This document shows, one piece after another, positions 32,021-32,044 of a stretch of DNA of 32,044 nt. Below the pieces are notes generated by a model. The model ran no database searches and was not told the DNA's origin. It saw only the letters and a list, made by a program, of their open reading frames with translations. The translations under genes were made by a program, and so were the position numbers. Source of the DNA: a virus; IMG/VR virus record IMGVR_UViG_3300009703_000005, positions 1 through 32,044 of that record. One strand, 5' to 3'. The number at the start of each line of letters is the position of its first letter. Positions within the stretch are counted from its first letter, which is position 1.

Positions 32021-32044
32021 CTCTACCAACTGAGCTACCGAGCC
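32021..32044 (-). repeat. Right att core copy; displaced tRNA 5' fragment joined to phage DNA
   Basis: Identical to 1-24. On the minus strand it runs into TGGTCGGGCGCGTATCAATCC, which cannot form an anticodon stem, so this copy is not a complete tRNA. Confidence 0.75.

Larger units (their letters stand above)
1..32044. mobile_element. Complete integrated temperate prophage (siphovirus-like; PBSX-like head module), bounded by tRNA-derived direct repeats
   Basis: 24-bp perfect direct repeats lie at both window ends. An integrase sits next to the left end. Regulatory, replication, packaging, head, tail and lysis modules fill the interval. Confidence 0.85.

Noticed and set aside
31944-32044. A possible complete tRNA gene at the right end
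   Set aside because: Reading the minus strand past the D-arm gives G-GTCGG-GCGCGTA-TCAAT. That forms no anticodon stem, and no T-arm (GTTCGAATC-like with a paired stem) follows. Only the 24-nt 5' fragment is tRNA-like.
1-32044. The terminal 24-bp repeat as an assembly artefact of a circular phage contig, rather than attL/attR
   Set aside because: I cannot exclude this from the window alone. It seems less likely because the repeat is exactly a tRNA acceptor stem plus D-arm and sits next to an integrase. I keep it as the main alternative in the att finding.

Overview
The window is one complete, integrated temperate siphovirus-like prophage of about 32 kb. It is bounded by perfect 24-bp direct repeats (1-24 and 32021-32044) whose reverse complement is the 5' end of a tRNA gene (acceptor stem plus D-arm).

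Layout, left to right:
- **74-4098, minus strand:** a lysogeny operon. It holds a large serine integrase, canonical hicAB, an unrecognised three-gene operon with 8-nt overlaps, a DUF4258/DUF2283 pair and an XRE regulator.
- **4148-5364:** two divergent regulator pairs, including a CI/Cro-like switch.
- **5149-11261, plus strand:** the early operon. It encodes HTH proteins, a CII-like protein, Gp157, a putative annealing protein, a replication initiator with internal iterons, a VRR-NUC nuclease, a small protein with an SSB-like C-terminal tip and an Ogr/NrdR-like zinc ribbon.
- **11236-13526:** a MuF head-morphogenesis protein with a C-terminal extension, followed by a small repeat-bracketed cassette and a DUF2513 gene.
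- **13610-16481, minus strand:** an inverted packaging block in the order portal, terS, terL.
- **16623-20635, plus strand:** PBSX-like head genes (XkdF protease/scaffold, capsid) and neck/tube genes.
- **20635-25525:** an insert of about 4.9 kb between the tube gene and the tail chaperone genes. It carries Ig-like proteins, a fibre-like protein, a stand-alone CheY-like receiver domain, three single-TM proteins and an M15 lysin.
- **25528-26051:** G/GT tail chaperones with a canonical T_TTT_TTA -1 slippery site.
- **26052-26453, minus strand:** two antisense small membrane ORFs.
- **26514-31943:** tape measure, tail-tip genes and an HxH-repeat fibre.

All functional calls come from motif recognition by eye; no searches were run. 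I could not single out one proven novel system. The best candidates are the receiver-domain/lysis insert, the MuF extension with its cassette, the three-gene operon in the TA island, and the antisense membrane ORFs next to the tape measure gene.
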